Assembly (NCBI GenBank): GCA_001897525.1
Contig: MKTB01000024.1
Coordinates: 1,480-65,479 of the forward strand
Reading direction: 5' to 3'
DNA from: Bacteroidetes bacterium 43-16
Lineage (GTDB): Bacteria; Bacteroidota; Bacteroidia; Chitinophagales; Chitinophagaceae
DNA length: 64,000 nt
Positions 1-10,280 of this stretch are shown piece by piece. The translations under genes were made by a program, and so were the position numbers. Position 1 is the first letter of the stretch, and each line of letters opens with the position of its first letter. The notes below the pieces were generated by a model. That model had not been told where the DNA came from. It made no database searches and saw only the letters and a program-made list of their open reading frames with translations.

Positions 1-1891
1 ATATATAGATAACATCTCCTTTAAGAAATAGCTTACGCTCGCTGATGAGTTCCTGTAAAAGCTTCAGGATATTATGCCTGGGATAATGGGCAAAAGTTTC
101 GATGATCGCAACAACAGGCAGTTCTTTTTCCTGCTGCAAAAGCGAGAGTATCTGAAGAGTTACGCTCCCGGGCACAGCTTTCAGAGAATGCTTCAGACAA
201 TTATCGCAATGCCCGCAGGGCGCAGCAGCATCTCCTTGTCCGAAGTACTTTGACAGCAACTGGTTCCGGCAATGCACACCGTCTTCCACAAAGGCAATCA
301 GGGCCTGGATCTTGGCAATAAATTCCGCCTTTCTCATCTTTAAGGCCTGTTTATTGATATTTAAGTAAGGCAGTGCCAGTCTTTTTTCCAGGAGTACCAT
401 AAAGCTGCCCACGATTGCAGGTGTGTATTCCAGGATACCCATATCCTGTAAGCGATACAGCCGGTCTTCAAATTCAGATTTATCAATCCGCAGTTCCTTG
501 CTCAAGTCAAAGATCTGTATGGCCGTTTCAAAATAAAATACGCTGCCGTAATGCCGGAGCAATACCTCCGCCACTTCATACAGCTTTTTAAAATTCTTCT
601 CCAGGTACTCCAGGTTGGTTCTTGTTGTCGTGAACCGTGCCGTGTACTTAGTACGGGCATCCTCGGACCAGATCAGGAAACCTTCCTGCTCCAGTATTCT
701 TAAAGCACTGATGGTCTCTAATACAGGTAACTCAAACTTTTGGGTAAAGTTCACCAGGTCAAAGGCTTTCGCCCAACCGGCCCCTTCCCCCAGGCCCACC
801 TGCAGGTAGTTCATTAATTTCTCATAAACCTCATAGATCTTTTCTAAGGGAGGATACTGCAGGTCCGGCAATCGCATCAGGCGGTTGAGATCGCCATTAT
901 GAAACAGCAGAATACCCCTGGCCGGAGCCTGGTCCCGGCCTGCACGCCCCACTTCCTGGTAATACTGCTCAAGGCTCGTGGGCAGGTCCAGGTGGAACAC
1001 CGTTCTCACATCTGCTTTATCGATCCCCATACCAAAAGCACTGGTTGCACAAATGATAGCATTTTCCTGCGTGCTCCATTGCCGGTAAGCAAAATCCTTC
1101 TCCTTTTTATGCAATCCTGCATGGTAGCTAAAAACCGGCACCGGCAATAATTGAGACAGCTCTGCTGCGGCCTCCGTTGTTTTCCTTCTTGTGCCACAGT
1201 AAGCAATAGCAGTGCCACTATTTTGGGCTAATATATGCGCCAGTTCAGGCACTTTACTTTCTTCGTATTGAACATGGTAAGATAAATTGGGCCTGATGAC
1301 AGAAAGTTCGAAGATCTTCGGTGCCTTAAGGTTCAGCTGCGCCATAATATCTTTTTTCACTACAGAGGTTGCAGAAGCTGTTACAGCCAAAGTAACGATA
1401 TCCGGGTAGAGCTTTTTAAACTCATTTATGGCCCTGTAGGAAGGCCTGAAATCATGTCCCCACTGGGAAATACAGTGCGCTTCGTCTATGGCCAGGAAGT
1501 CAATATTAAGAGATTCGGTCTGTTCCAGGAATAATTCATTCTGAAGACGTTCCGGTGAAACATAGAATAATTTATAAGCCCCGGAAAGCAGGCTGTCCAT
1601 AGTATTAGAGGCGGTAACCCGGTCCATACCGGAATGCAGGTAGCCCACCGGAATGCCCCTCCCTGTAAGCTGTCGCACCTGGTCTTCTATCAAAGCGATC
1701 AAAGGGCTTACAACAATGGTCACCCCATCAAAAAGAAGTGCCGGAACCTGGTAGCACAGCGACTTGCCGCCACCGGTAGGCAGCATGGCAAATACATCCT
1801 GCCCGGCCATTACAGCCTGTATAATTTCTTCCTGGGGATGCCTGAAATCAGTAAATCCCCAATACCGTAGCAGCACCTCTTTTATATTCAT
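1..1891 (-). CDS. recQ: RecQ family ATP-dependent DNA helicase (3' end runs off window; absent from ORF track)
   Basis: Manual translation from ATG at 1891: MNIKEVLLRYWGFTDFRHPQEEII...MLPTGGGKSLCYQVP (motif I), LAIDEAHCISQWGHDFRPSY (motif II), C-terminal CGHCDNC zinc/RQC site. No stop in the segments translated (1-300, ~1140-1260 and the motif regions). Confidence 0.95.
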   Translation of the reverse strand, partial: MNIKEVLLRYWGFTDFRHPQEEIIQAVMAGQDVFAMLPTGGGKSLCYQVPALLFDGVTIVVSPLIALIEDQVRQLTGRGIPVGYLHSGMDRVTASNTMDSLLSGAYKLFYVSPERLQNELFLEQTESLNIDFLAIDEAHCISQWGHDFRPSYRAINEFKKLYPDIVTLAVTASATSVVKKDIMAQLNLKAPKIFELSVIRPNLSYHVQYEESKVPELAHILAQNSGTAIAYCGTRRKTTEAAAELSQLLPVPVFSYHAGLHKKEKDFAYRQWSTQENAIICATSAFGMGIDKADVRTVFHLDLPTSLEQYYQEVGRAGRDQAPARGILLFHNGDLNRLMRLPDLQYPPLEKIYEVYEKLMNYLQVGLGEGAGWAKAFDLVNFTQKFELPVLETISALRILEQEGFLIWSEDARTKYTARFTTTRTNLEYLEKNFKKLYEVAEVLLRHYGSVFYFETAIQIFDLSKELRIDKSEFEDRLYRLQDMGILEYTPAIVGSFMVLLEKRLALPYLNINKQALKMRKAEFIAKIQALIAFVEDGVHCRNQLLSKYFGQGDAAAPCGHCDNCLKHSLKAVPGSVTLQILSLLQQEKELPVVAIIETFAHYPRHNILKLLQELISERKLFLKGDVIYI

Positions 1892-2641
1892 ACGTTCTTG
1901 GTCCGATATATAGCGCTAAGTGCACAGCTTCAATTAAAACATCGTATTAAAAGGCAAAAATATTACTATTCCCAGAAATGCAGATGTTCTTATTCTGTTT
2001 TACCTGCGACAGTAAATTGTTACCGGTTCGTTAATATAAATTATTCTACGAATATCCTTTATATTAGTCGTAACTTACAGTCAGAAACGATCCTGGAGAT
2101 TATTACACTATTAAAGGTAGCAATAATCCCACTGATATTTCCCGACCATCAACCTTGAGATTATTAAAACAACGCACTCTTATCCTGATTCTGAGTAGTT
2201 CCTTTTACAAAAGCGCCTCTTATTGAGCAAGAGCAACATACTCTGGCAATCGCATAACACATACTGATGTGTTCAAATTGTAAGCAACCGATGTAAGCTG
2301 CACAGAGATTTTCCCCATTCCTCCTTAGGATCCTTGTATGAAAGTATGAAATAAAAACAGTATACCCCTATTTACTGCCTTACGTTTAATATTGTTAACC
2401 TCCTGTAAATACCCTGACAACTGGTACTGAACGTACCGGTAAGCGGCTTATATCCTTAATCTCACACTTTACAAATTTGTTTTGAAGTAGCGTATATATG
2501 CGCATACATTGCCCTGTGTTACTTCGGGTAGCATGGCAGATCTTTTATGCCTGAACCAAGCGCTTCATAACAAATTTGTGACCTGTATATAACATGATCC
2601 AGCGTGCATTATCAATCACTTCATTTTCAAATGTACAAATC

Positions 2642-4183
2642 ATGAAAAATTTCACCATATTATCATCGCTGCTTGGAGCGTTCATCAGCCTGATGCCAAG
2701 TCAACAAACATATGCGCAAACCAGCGCCTGTACTTTCGTAAGCCCTGCTGTAGAACTTAACTACACTACTACCAATATTAATGGAGACTGTATGGTCAAT
2801 GTAGACCTTAGCTTCACCATTAATATCAATAATGGCAATAAATACACTGTATTGCATTTGTGGCCGGAGGCAAGTTACCCTTCCCCTTCCTTTCTTTATT
2901 CAGTGAATAATGCGCCGCAATCCAGCCAGGGTGGCGGTAACGGTGCGCTGGACAATGCCATCGCCACCATCATCATCAACCGGAACTCCAACCCGGCAAG
3001 CCTGCTCTCCGGCTATTCGATTGATCCTACGATTGATGATAACACCTTACCTTGTGTCAACCAGGTGAAAGATGCTTCTGATGGCCTTGTCCTGCAGGTA
3101 ACTGATGTAGGTAACGGCAATGTGTTCTACCTCATCAAAAACCTGAGCCTCCCCTATCCCGGCGGCTGTAATCAACCCATTAAATTCAAAGGAGATGCCT
3201 GGTCTTCCAACGCCTCTTCCCTGAATGTCCAATGTACGATGCTCGGCTTCACCTACCTGTCTAATGTACCCACTATGACTGCCCTGCAGATCTGCCAACG
3301 CCCCTCTTCTCCTGCGCAGTATCAATTTACAGTATCTACCGCACTGCCCAACTACTCGGTAGATTACAGTGTAGATATTTATGCCGATGTGGACAAGAAC
3401 GGTGAGTTCAATCCTTTTGTGGACAACCAGCATATAGCCAGCTATCCCGCTGCCTCGCTCCCCGATGTCAGCTCCACCTCCCCTTACAGTATAGCCCCAA
3501 CATCCTTTTCCTGGTCGGCCACCCAAAACAACAATTCACTCTTCTTCATCCTGGGCAATATCACGGTGACCAATACCGTAAGCAACCAGGTGACTCAATA
3601 CCTGAATACGATCATCAGTACAACTACCCCTGACTGCAATACGCCTTTACCATTGAACAACCTGGTTATCAGTGGTACAAAAGAAGGCATGGTCAACAGG
3701 TTGTCCTGGAAAGTGCCCGTAGATGAGACCCGCTATGCGGTGGAGAAAATGCCTGCAGGCAGTACCCAGTGGCGGCAGGTAGGGGTTGAAAAAATGAAAG
3801 AAAACACTTCCGGCGGTGCTTATGAAACGTATATCTATACCGACCTGGAATCTAAGGATTGCCTGTATCGCGTCAGGGCCTTTAACCCGGACGGGGCCTT
3901 TGCTTATTCCAACACGATAAAACTGGAAAGCAGCCATGCCCCGATAGATGTGCAGATCTTTCCCAATCCTGCTACATCGTCGACCGTAAAACTCATTGCT
4001 GAGCTGCCTGATGAGCAGACCGCAACTATATTGGTGGTAAACCCGCTGGGACAAGTGGTCCGTGAATATACCCATGTTAATGGTGGTGAGCTTACGGTAG
4101 GCAACCTGAGCAGCGGCATTTACTACATTCTTATGTACAGTGACCATAAAGAACAGGTGATGAAAACCCTGGCCATTAAATAA
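2642..4183 (+). CDS. T9SS type A sorting domain-containing secreted protein of unknown function
   Basis: Signal peptide MKNFTILSSLLGAFISLMPSQQTYAQ (ATG 2642 preferred over 2594); PLPL junction, then an Ig/FN3-like module and CTD IFPNPATS...GIYYI...LAIK. Confidence 0.85.
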   Translation: MKNFTILSSLLGAFISLMPSQQTYAQTSACTFVSPAVELNYTTTNINGDCMVNVDLSFTININNGNKYTVLHLWPEASYPSPSFLYSVNNAPQSSQGGGNGALDNAIATIIINRNSNPASLLSGYSIDPTIDDNTLPCVNQVKDASDGLVLQVTDVGNGNVFYLIKNLSLPYPGGCNQPIKFKGDAWSSNASSLNVQCTMLGFTYLSNVPTMTALQICQRPSSPAQYQFTVSTALPNYSVDYSVDIYADVDKNGEFNPFVDNQHIASYPAASLPDVSSTSPYSIAPTSFSWSATQNNNSLFFILGNITVTNTVSNQVTQYLNTIISTTTPDCNTPLPLNNLVISGTKEGMVNRLSWKVPVDETRYAVEKMPAGSTQWRQVGVEKMKENTSGGAYETYIYTDLESKDCLYRVRAFNPDGAFAYSNTIKLESSHAPIDVQIFPNPATSSTVKLIAELPDEQTATILVVNPLGQVVREYTHVNGGELTVGNLSSGIYYILMYSDHKEQVMKTLAIK

Positions 4184-4275
4184 AGCCGGAGCTGACACCT
4201 GAAAAAACAATCACATAAAAACATTAAACTATACATAACAAATTCATTTTCTAAAATAAAAAACAAGTATTTAAC

Positions 4276-4320
4276 AATAATGGTGCAGGTGGAACTATTT
4301 TCACCTGCACTATTATTTTA
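4276..4320 (+). terminator. Intrinsic terminator
   Basis: aataatggtgcaggtgga / ttcacctgcactattatt inverted repeat followed by T-rich tail. Confidence 0.75.
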
Positions 4321-4342
4321 TCCTTACATTTAGGGCTTGCAA

Positions 4343-4374
4343 TTTGAAATATCACTAAAAAAACTATAACTTTG
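4343..4374 (+). promoter_or_regulatory. Bacteroidota sigma-A promoter of ileS
   Basis: TTTG (4343-4346), 20-nt spacer, TAACTTTG (4367-4374). Confidence 0.8.
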
Positions 4375-4410
4375 CACACAATTTTTTAGCGTAATTGCGT
4401 AGATCAGATA

Positions 4411-7400
4411 ATGAGTAATAAGTATCCGGAATATAAGCAGCTTAATATGCCTGCCATCGAGCAGGAGCAACATCAGAAGTGGGAAGCAGGCCAGTTTTTT
4501 CAAAAAAGTGTGGATCTGAGAGCAGGGAGCCCTGCCTTTGTTTTTTATGAAGGTCCTCCGAGTGCCAACGGTATGCCTGGTATTCACCACGTCATTTCCC
4601 GTACCCTGAAGGATATGGTATGCCGCTACAAGACTATGCAAGGTTTCCAGGTAAAGCGTAAAGCCGGATGGGACACGCATGGCTTACCGGTAGAGCTGGG
4701 CGTGGAGAAGATGCTGGGTATTACAAAAGAAGATATTGGTAAAAAGATCTCTGTAGCAGACTATAATGATGCCTGCCGCAAGGAGGTGATGAAATACAAG
4801 GACAAGTGGGACGAGTTAACCCAGAAAATGGGTTATTGGGTAGACCTTAATGATCCTTATATCACTTTTGACAGCAAGTATATTGAAAGTCTTTGGTGGG
4901 CACTCAGTGAACTGTACAAGAAGGGTTATTTATATAAAAGTGTCAGCATACAACCGTATTCTCCTGCTGCCGGTACGGGTTTAAGTTCTCATGAGCTGAA
5001 CCAGCCCGGCACTTACAAGGATGTGAAAGATACTTCCGCAACGGTGATGTTCCGCCTGGAGGCAGACTCCAGAAAGGCTTTAGGCCTGGACGAGCACGAC
5101 AGCGAAGTGTACTTTATGGCCTGGACCACTACGCCATGGACCTTACCTTCCAATGCGGGCCTGACGGTAGGACCTAATATAGATTATGTCCTGATCAACA
5201 CCCTGAATCCTTATACCCACCAGGTACAGTCTGTGATCATAGCACAGGCCCTGGTACATAAATATTTCAAAGCAGAAGGAGAAAACCAGGATATAGACAA
5301 CTGGGACAGCAACAATAAAATTCTTCCCTGGAAAGTATTAAAGACCTTTAAAGGTAAAGATTTTGAGGGCCTGCGTTACGAGCAATTATTACCTTTTGAC
5401 AGCAACAAGGCTGAACTGAGTGGTGGAGATCCCTTCCGTGTGATCACCGGTGATTTCGTGACCACAGAAGATGGTACCGGTATCGTACATACCGCTCCTG
5501 CTTTTGGTGCGGATGACTATAAAGTAGGTCAGAAAAATAATATAGGTATCTTCAACCTGGTAGACCGCGAAGGTAAATTCGTGGAAGGTACCGGTGAATA
5601 TGCCGGCCGCTTTGTGAAGAATTACAAGGATGATCCTGCCTACGAGGATGTAAACGTGGATATTTCTGTGTTCTTAAAACAAGCAGGACAAGCATTTAAA
5701 GTAGAAAAATACGAGCACAGCTATCCACATTGCTGGCGTACCGATAAACCGATCATCTATTATCCTTTAGATGCCTGGTTCATCAAAACCACTGCCATGA
5801 AAGACCGTATGGTGGCCCTGAACAAGACGATCAACTGGAAGCCGAAGGCTACCGGTGAAGGCCGTTTTGGCAACTGGCTGGAGAATATGGTGGACTGGAA
5901 CCTGAGCCGTAGCCGCTATTGGGGCACGCCGCTGCCTATCTGGGTAGCAGAGTCCGGCGAGCAGAAATGTATCGGTTCGGTGGCAGAGCTGGAAGCGGAG
6001 ATCCGCAAAGCACAGGCAGCAGGCTTTAGCCAGGCAATCGAATTGCCATTGACTGATCTGCACAAACCTGTTGTGGACGATATCGTATTGGTGGATGATC
6101 ACAATCAACCGATGTATCGTGAACCGGACCTTATCGATGTATGGTTTGATTCCGGTGCCATGCCTTATGCACAATGGCATTTCCCTTTCGAAAATCATGA
6201 AACTTTTGCCAACAACTACCCTGCCGACTTTATTGCGGAAGGCGTAGACCAGACCCGTGGCTGGTTCTATACCTTGCACGCCCTGGGTGCTTTACTGAAA
6301 GAAAGCGTACAGAAAGAATTGAAGAAAGCAGGCATCGAGGTGTCTGAGGATAAATATCCCGGAGTAGCCTACAAAACGGTTATTGCCAACGGACTTGTAT
6401 TGGACAAGGATGGTAATAAGATGAGTAAGCGCCTGGGCAATGTGATCAATCCTTTTGAGACCATTGAGAAATATAGTGCAGATGCCACTCGTTGGTACCT
6501 GATCACGAATGCCTCTCCCTGGGATAGCTTAAAATTTGACATCAAAGGTATCGAGGAAGTTCAACGTAAATTCTTCGGCACGCTGTACAATACGTACCAG
6601 TTTTTTGCTTTGTATGCTAATGTAGACGGCTTTGCCTTTAATGAAGATTATATCCCTGTAGACCAGAGACCGGAGATCGATCGCTGGATCTTATCTTCTT
6701 TGAATACGTTGATCGGCACCGTGGAGCAATTCATGAACGACTATGAGCCTACACAGGCCGGCCGTGCCATAGAATCTTTTGTCGATGAAGAGCTAAGTAA
6801 CTGGTATGTACGCCTTTGTCGTCGCCGTTTCTGGAAGGGAGAATATGAATTTGACAAAATTTGTGCCTATCAAACTTTGTTTGAATGCTTAGAAACCTTA
6901 AGTTTGTTAATTGCTCCGGTGAGCCCTTTCTTTGCCGATTGGTTGTTTAACAACTTAAACCAGGTAAGCAGGAAAGTTGAAGCGGCATCTGTTCACCATG
7001 CTTTATTCCCTAAAGCGAATAAAGAAGTAATAGATGTAGCCCTGGAAAACAGGATGAAGAAGGCGCAGGACATCTGTTCACTGGTATTATCTATTCGTAA
7101 GAAAGTAAATATAAAAGTACGTCAGCCCCTGCAAAAGATACTGGTCCCTGTACTGACGAAGACAGACCAGGAGCAACTGGCATTGGTCAAAGACCTGATT
7201 CTTTCAGAGGTAAACGTGAAAGAGCTGGATATGTTAACGGATGATAGTTTCTTCAAGAAAAGTATCAAACCTAACTTTAAGACCTTAGGAAAAAAAGTGG
7301 GCGCGAAGATGAAGGCAGTAGCGGCTCATATCACCAGTATGGAAGCTGCTGAGATAGAAAAGCTGGAACACGATAAGGTGTTGCACATTTCTATAGAAGG

Positions 7401-7779
7401 CACTGAAGTGAGTATAGATTTAGAAGATGTTGAAATTATTGTGGAAGATATCCCGGGCTGGTCTGTAGCAAGTAAAGACAATACAACCGTGGCTCTGGAC
7501 GTATCTTTAAATGATACCTTACTGGAAGAAGGAAACGCCAGGGAACTGGTGAACAGGATTCAGAAGATAAGAAAAGATCAGGCCTTTGACCTGACTGATC
7601 GTATCAGAGTACAAATTGAAAATAAAGACGGTATTGCGCAAGCGATCCAGAATAATGAAGCTTATATCTCGAATGAGATATTGGCCGATAAAATTGAAAT
7701 TGTAAACAATATTTCGGATGGCATAGTCATTGAAGTTAACGACCAGGAACTTGCCGTCTTCATAACTAAAATATCGTAA
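4411..7779 (+). CDS. ileS: Isoleucine--tRNA ligase (type 2, long form)
   Basis: GPPSANGMPGIHH (HIGH-like), AWTTTPWTLP, GTGIVH editing motifs, WNLSRSRYWG, KMSKR. Confidence 0.98.
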   Translation: MSNKYPEYKQLNMPAIEQEQHQKWEAGQFFQKSVDLRAGSPAFVFYEGPPSANGMPGIHHVISRTLKDMVCRYKTMQGFQVKRKAGWDTHGLPVELGVEKMLGITKEDIGKKISVADYNDACRKEVMKYKDKWDELTQKMGYWVDLNDPYITFDSKYIESLWWALSELYKKGYLYKSVSIQPYSPAAGTGLSSHELNQPGTYKDVKDTSATVMFRLEADSRKALGLDEHDSEVYFMAWTTTPWTLPSNAGLTVGPNIDYVLINTLNPYTHQVQSVIIAQALVHKYFKAEGENQDIDNWDSNNKILPWKVLKTFKGKDFEGLRYEQLLPFDSNKAELSGGDPFRVITGDFVTTEDGTGIVHTAPAFGADDYKVGQKNNIGIFNLVDREGKFVEGTGEYAGRFVKNYKDDPAYEDVNVDISVFLKQAGQAFKVEKYEHSYPHCWRTDKPIIYYPLDAWFIKTTAMKDRMVALNKTINWKPKATGEGRFGNWLENMVDWNLSRSRYWGTPLPIWVAESGEQKCIGSVAELEAEIRKAQAAGFSQAIELPLTDLHKPVVDDIVLVDDHNQPMYREPDLIDVWFDSGAMPYAQWHFPFENHETFANNYPADFIAEGVDQTRGWFYTLHALGALLKESVQKELKKAGIEVSEDKYPGVAYKTVIANGLVLDKDGNKMSKRLGNVINPFETIEKYSADATRWYLITNASPWDSLKFDIKGIEEVQRKFFGTLYNTYQFFALYANVDGFAFNEDYIPVDQRPEIDRWILSSLNTLIGTVEQFMNDYEPTQAGRAIESFVDEELSNWYVRLCRRRFWKGEYEFDKICAYQTLFECLETLSLLIAPVSPFFADWLFNNLNQVSRKVEAASVHHALFPKANKEVIDVALENRMKKAQDICSLVLSIRKKVNIKVRQPLQKILVPVLTKTDQEQLALVKDLILSEVNVKELDMLTDDSFFKKSIKPNFKTLGKKVGAKMKAVAAHITSMEAAEIEKLEHDKVLHISIEGTEVSIDLEDVEIIVEDIPGWSVASKDNTTVALDVSLNDTLLEEGNARELVNRIQKIRKDQAFDLTDRIRVQIENKDGIAQAIQNNEAYISNEILADKIEIVNNISDGIVIEVNDQELAVFITKIS

Positions 7780-7781
7780 TT

Positions 7782-8798
7782 ATGGCCACAAAAAAAACAA
7801 CAACTCCGAAAAAAGCTGTTAAGGCGGCACCTGCAAAAAAGGCTACAGTTACTAAAAAAGCAGCAGCGCCGGCCAAAAAAGCAGCACCCGCAGCAAAGGT
7901 TGCAGCTCCTGCTAAAAAGGCTGTTGCCGCTAAGAAAGCAGTAACACCGGCTAAAAAAGCGGTAGCTCCTCCGGCTAAGAAAACGGTAGTTGCGAAAAAA
8001 GCGGCTCCGGTAGCAGCTAAGAAGACTGCAGCCCCGGCTAAAAAAGCAGTAGCAGCACCTAAAAAGGCGGCCCCTGTAAAAAAAGTGGCAGCACCACCTG
8101 CTAAGAAAGCAGTAGTTGCTGAGCAAAAAGCAGCACCTGTAAAAAAAGCAGTCGTGCCGGCAAAAAAGGTAGAGGTCGCGCCTAAGAAAGCAGCAGCACC
8201 TGTAAAAGCAGCACCGGCTCCAAAACCAATTGCCAAAGTTGAACCTAAAAAGGCTGCAGCACCTAGCCCGGCAAGGTCAACCGTTAAAAAAGAAGATAAA
8301 CCTTTACCAATAATTGCTCACCGTAAAATACAAAAGGCTGCTCCTAAAGAGAAACCAGGAAGTGTAATGAAAGAGTTCAGCCCGCAAACCAGATCAGTTT
8401 TAGATATGCCAGAACAACAAACAGGACCAATCTACCGTTATAGCGACGAAGACTTAAATGAATTTAAAGAATTAATTCTGAAAAGAATTGAAGCAGCAAG
8501 AGACAATCTTACTTACTATCAAAACCTGATTTCGAGAAAAGATGAGATCGGTGATGATTCTGACAACCGTTTAAACAGTATGGAAGATGGTAGTGGTGCC
8601 ATGGAAAAAGAACAATTGTCTATGATGGCTGCCCGCCAGGTACAATTTATCAATAACCTGGAAAAGGCACTGGTGCGTATCGAAAACAAGACTTACGGTA
8701 TCTGTCGTGAAACCGGCAAATTAATTGACAAAGCCCGCCTGCGTGCCGTACCACATGCGACACTCAGCATTGAAGCTAAAAATTCAATGAAAAAATAA
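7782..8798 (+). CDS. dksA: TraR/DksA family transcription factor with long Ala/Lys/Pro-rich N-terminal extension
   Basis: C-terminal RQVQFINNLEKALVRIENKTYGICRETGKLIDKARLRAVPHATLSIEAK; N-terminal ~165 aa of PAKK repeats; starts 2 nt after the ileS stop. Confidence 0.9.
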   Translation: MATKKTTTPKKAVKAAPAKKATVTKKAAAPAKKAAPAAKVAAPAKKAVAAKKAVTPAKKAVAPPAKKTVVAKKAAPVAAKKTAAPAKKAVAAPKKAAPVKKVAAPPAKKAVVAEQKAAPVKKAVVPAKKVEVAPKKAAAPVKAAPAPKPIAKVEPKKAAAPSPARSTVKKEDKPLPIIAHRKIQKAAPKEKPGSVMKEFSPQTRSVLDMPEQQTGPIYRYSDEDLNEFKELILKRIEAARDNLTYYQNLISRKDEIGDDSDNRLNSMEDGSGAMEKEQLSMMAARQVQFINNLEKALVRIENKTYGICRETGKLIDKARLRAVPHATLSIEAKNSMKK

Positions 8799-8818
8799 TC
8801 ATTCAAAAACTATGCTAC

Positions 8819-8910
8819 AAAAGAAGGATACCGGAATGGTATCCTTCTTTTGTATTTACAGCTATTACGCCATACAAATGGCCACCCTTGAAGGGTAGCC
8901 ATTTGTTATT
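8819..8910. terminator. Two back-to-back hairpin terminators between convergent dksA and hom
   Basis: aaaagaaggatacc/ggtatccttctttt (8819-8851) and acaaatggc.accc/gggt.gccatttgt (8874-8906). Confidence 0.8.
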
Positions 8911-8991
8911 TATAAAATATTGTAAGTTGAAAAAGGTGCAGGTGTTTAGTTAACCAAGACAAATCTTACAATCTCTTTAGTACTCAGCAAA

Positions 8992-10236
8992 TCAGATATA
9001 CAATACTTCCTCTTTTGTACTCAGGTTGCTTACCTTATGTGCCACATTTGCTTCAACTAATATGACAGAAACCTGTTTATCATAAAACCATTCTGTATTG
9101 AAGAGTACACTTACATCTATAACTCCTACAATGTAGTTTTTCCCGTTGCTTTTATACACCTCATCTATACTGGCAAACTGGGCCTGATCAATGGCATCGC
9201 GGGAATCAAAACTTACATAGACCTTCAGGAAAGTATTATTTTTCAAAGCCAGTTTTACAGATGATTTTGATTTTTTATACTCATAACGGTAATCATATCT
9301 TAAAGCGGCAATATCACTCAATACGGCAGAGGATGTGGGGAAGCGACCGGCCCCCTTTCCATACAGAAATTGTTCATCGGCAAGTTTACTGCCGATCAGC
9401 ACGCCATTGAACTCATTATTCACATTGTACAGCTGGCTTTCCTTGCCTACAAAAGTCGGTAATACAAAGGCTACTACTGCTTCGTCTTCGCCCTGTATGG
9501 TTTGTGCCACCAGTCTTATGTGATAGCCTTTTTCTTTGGCATACTGGATATCGGATGGCTTGATCTGCGTAATACCGCAATAAGGGATATCATCCGGTAC
9601 TTCATCAATACCATAGGCATGTTTCAATATAATGGTCAGTTTATTAACCGCATCAATACCTTCAACGTCCAGGGTAGGATCGCTTTCTGCAAAACCCAAT
9701 TCCTGGGCCTGTTTTAAGGCCTCCTGGTAATCCTGCCCTTCCGCAGCCATCTTGGTCAATATATAATTGGTAGATCCGTTGACAATCCCTGATACGGAAG
9801 ACAAAAGATCATTATCATAATATTCTTCCAGGTTCCTGATCACCGGAATAGAGCCACAAACGGCAGCTTCATACAGCAAAGAAACGTTATGCGCATCTCT
9901 TAATCCGATGAGTTCGGTCAAATGATTGGCCAGCATTTTCTTGTTTGCGGTAACCACAGATTTACCGCCCCTGATGGCTTTACTCACGATATTGTAGGCG
10001 GCATCTGCATCATCAATCAGCTCCACGATCACATTGATTGCAGGATCGTTCAGCAGCTCATCTGCATCGGTAGTAAATAATTCCGCAGGGGCATTCCTGG
10101 ACTTTTCAGGATTTTTAATACAGATCTTCTGCAGGCTTGCATTAAGTGATTTGGTATCTTTCAATACTTTGTAAATACCCTCTCCTACTACGCCAAAGCC
10201 AAACAGGCCGATGACTAATTGTTTATGATTATCCAT
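8992..10236 (-). CDS. hom: Homoserine dehydrogenase
   Basis: GLFGFGVVG Rossmann motif, VVTANK, YEAAVCGSIPVI, GIVNGSTNYIL, GFAESDPTLDVEG, GKGAG. Confidence 0.95.
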   Translation of the reverse strand: MDNHKQLVIGLFGFGVVGEGIYKVLKDTKSLNASLQKICIKNPEKSRNAPAELFTTDADELLNDPAINVIVELIDDADAAYNIVSKAIRGGKSVVTANKKMLANHLTELIGLRDAHNVSLLYEAAVCGSIPVIRNLEEYYDNDLLSSVSGIVNGSTNYILTKMAAEGQDYQEALKQAQELGFAESDPTLDVEGIDAVNKLTIILKHAYGIDEVPDDIPYCGITQIKPSDIQYAKEKGYHIRLVAQTIQGEDEAVVAFVLPTFVGKESQLYNVNNEFNGVLIGSKLADEQFLYGKGAGRFPTSSAVLSDIAALRYDYRYEYKKSKSSVKLALKNNTFLKVYVSFDSRDAIDQAQFASIDEVYKSNGKNYIVGVIDVSVLFNTEWFYDKQVSVILVEANVAHKVSNLSTKEEVLYI

Positions 10237-10280
10237 TGATTGTTTTAAATTTTATTGATTAAGTATATGGTTTTAGTTAT

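Noticed and set aside
615-2158. Short ORFs in the track across the recQ region and the adjacent gap
   Set aside because: They overlap the real minus-strand recQ frame or lack any motif; recQ was missed by the track because its stop lies outside the window.
4375-4410. T-box leader for ileS
   Set aside because: The promoter lies only ~35 nt before the ATG, leaving no room and showing no T-box motif.
7662-8236. Ala/Phe/Gly-rich and Cys/Phe-rich minus-strand ORFs (7766-8236, 7662-8126)
   Set aside because: Antisense shadows of the low-complexity PAKK repeat in dksA.
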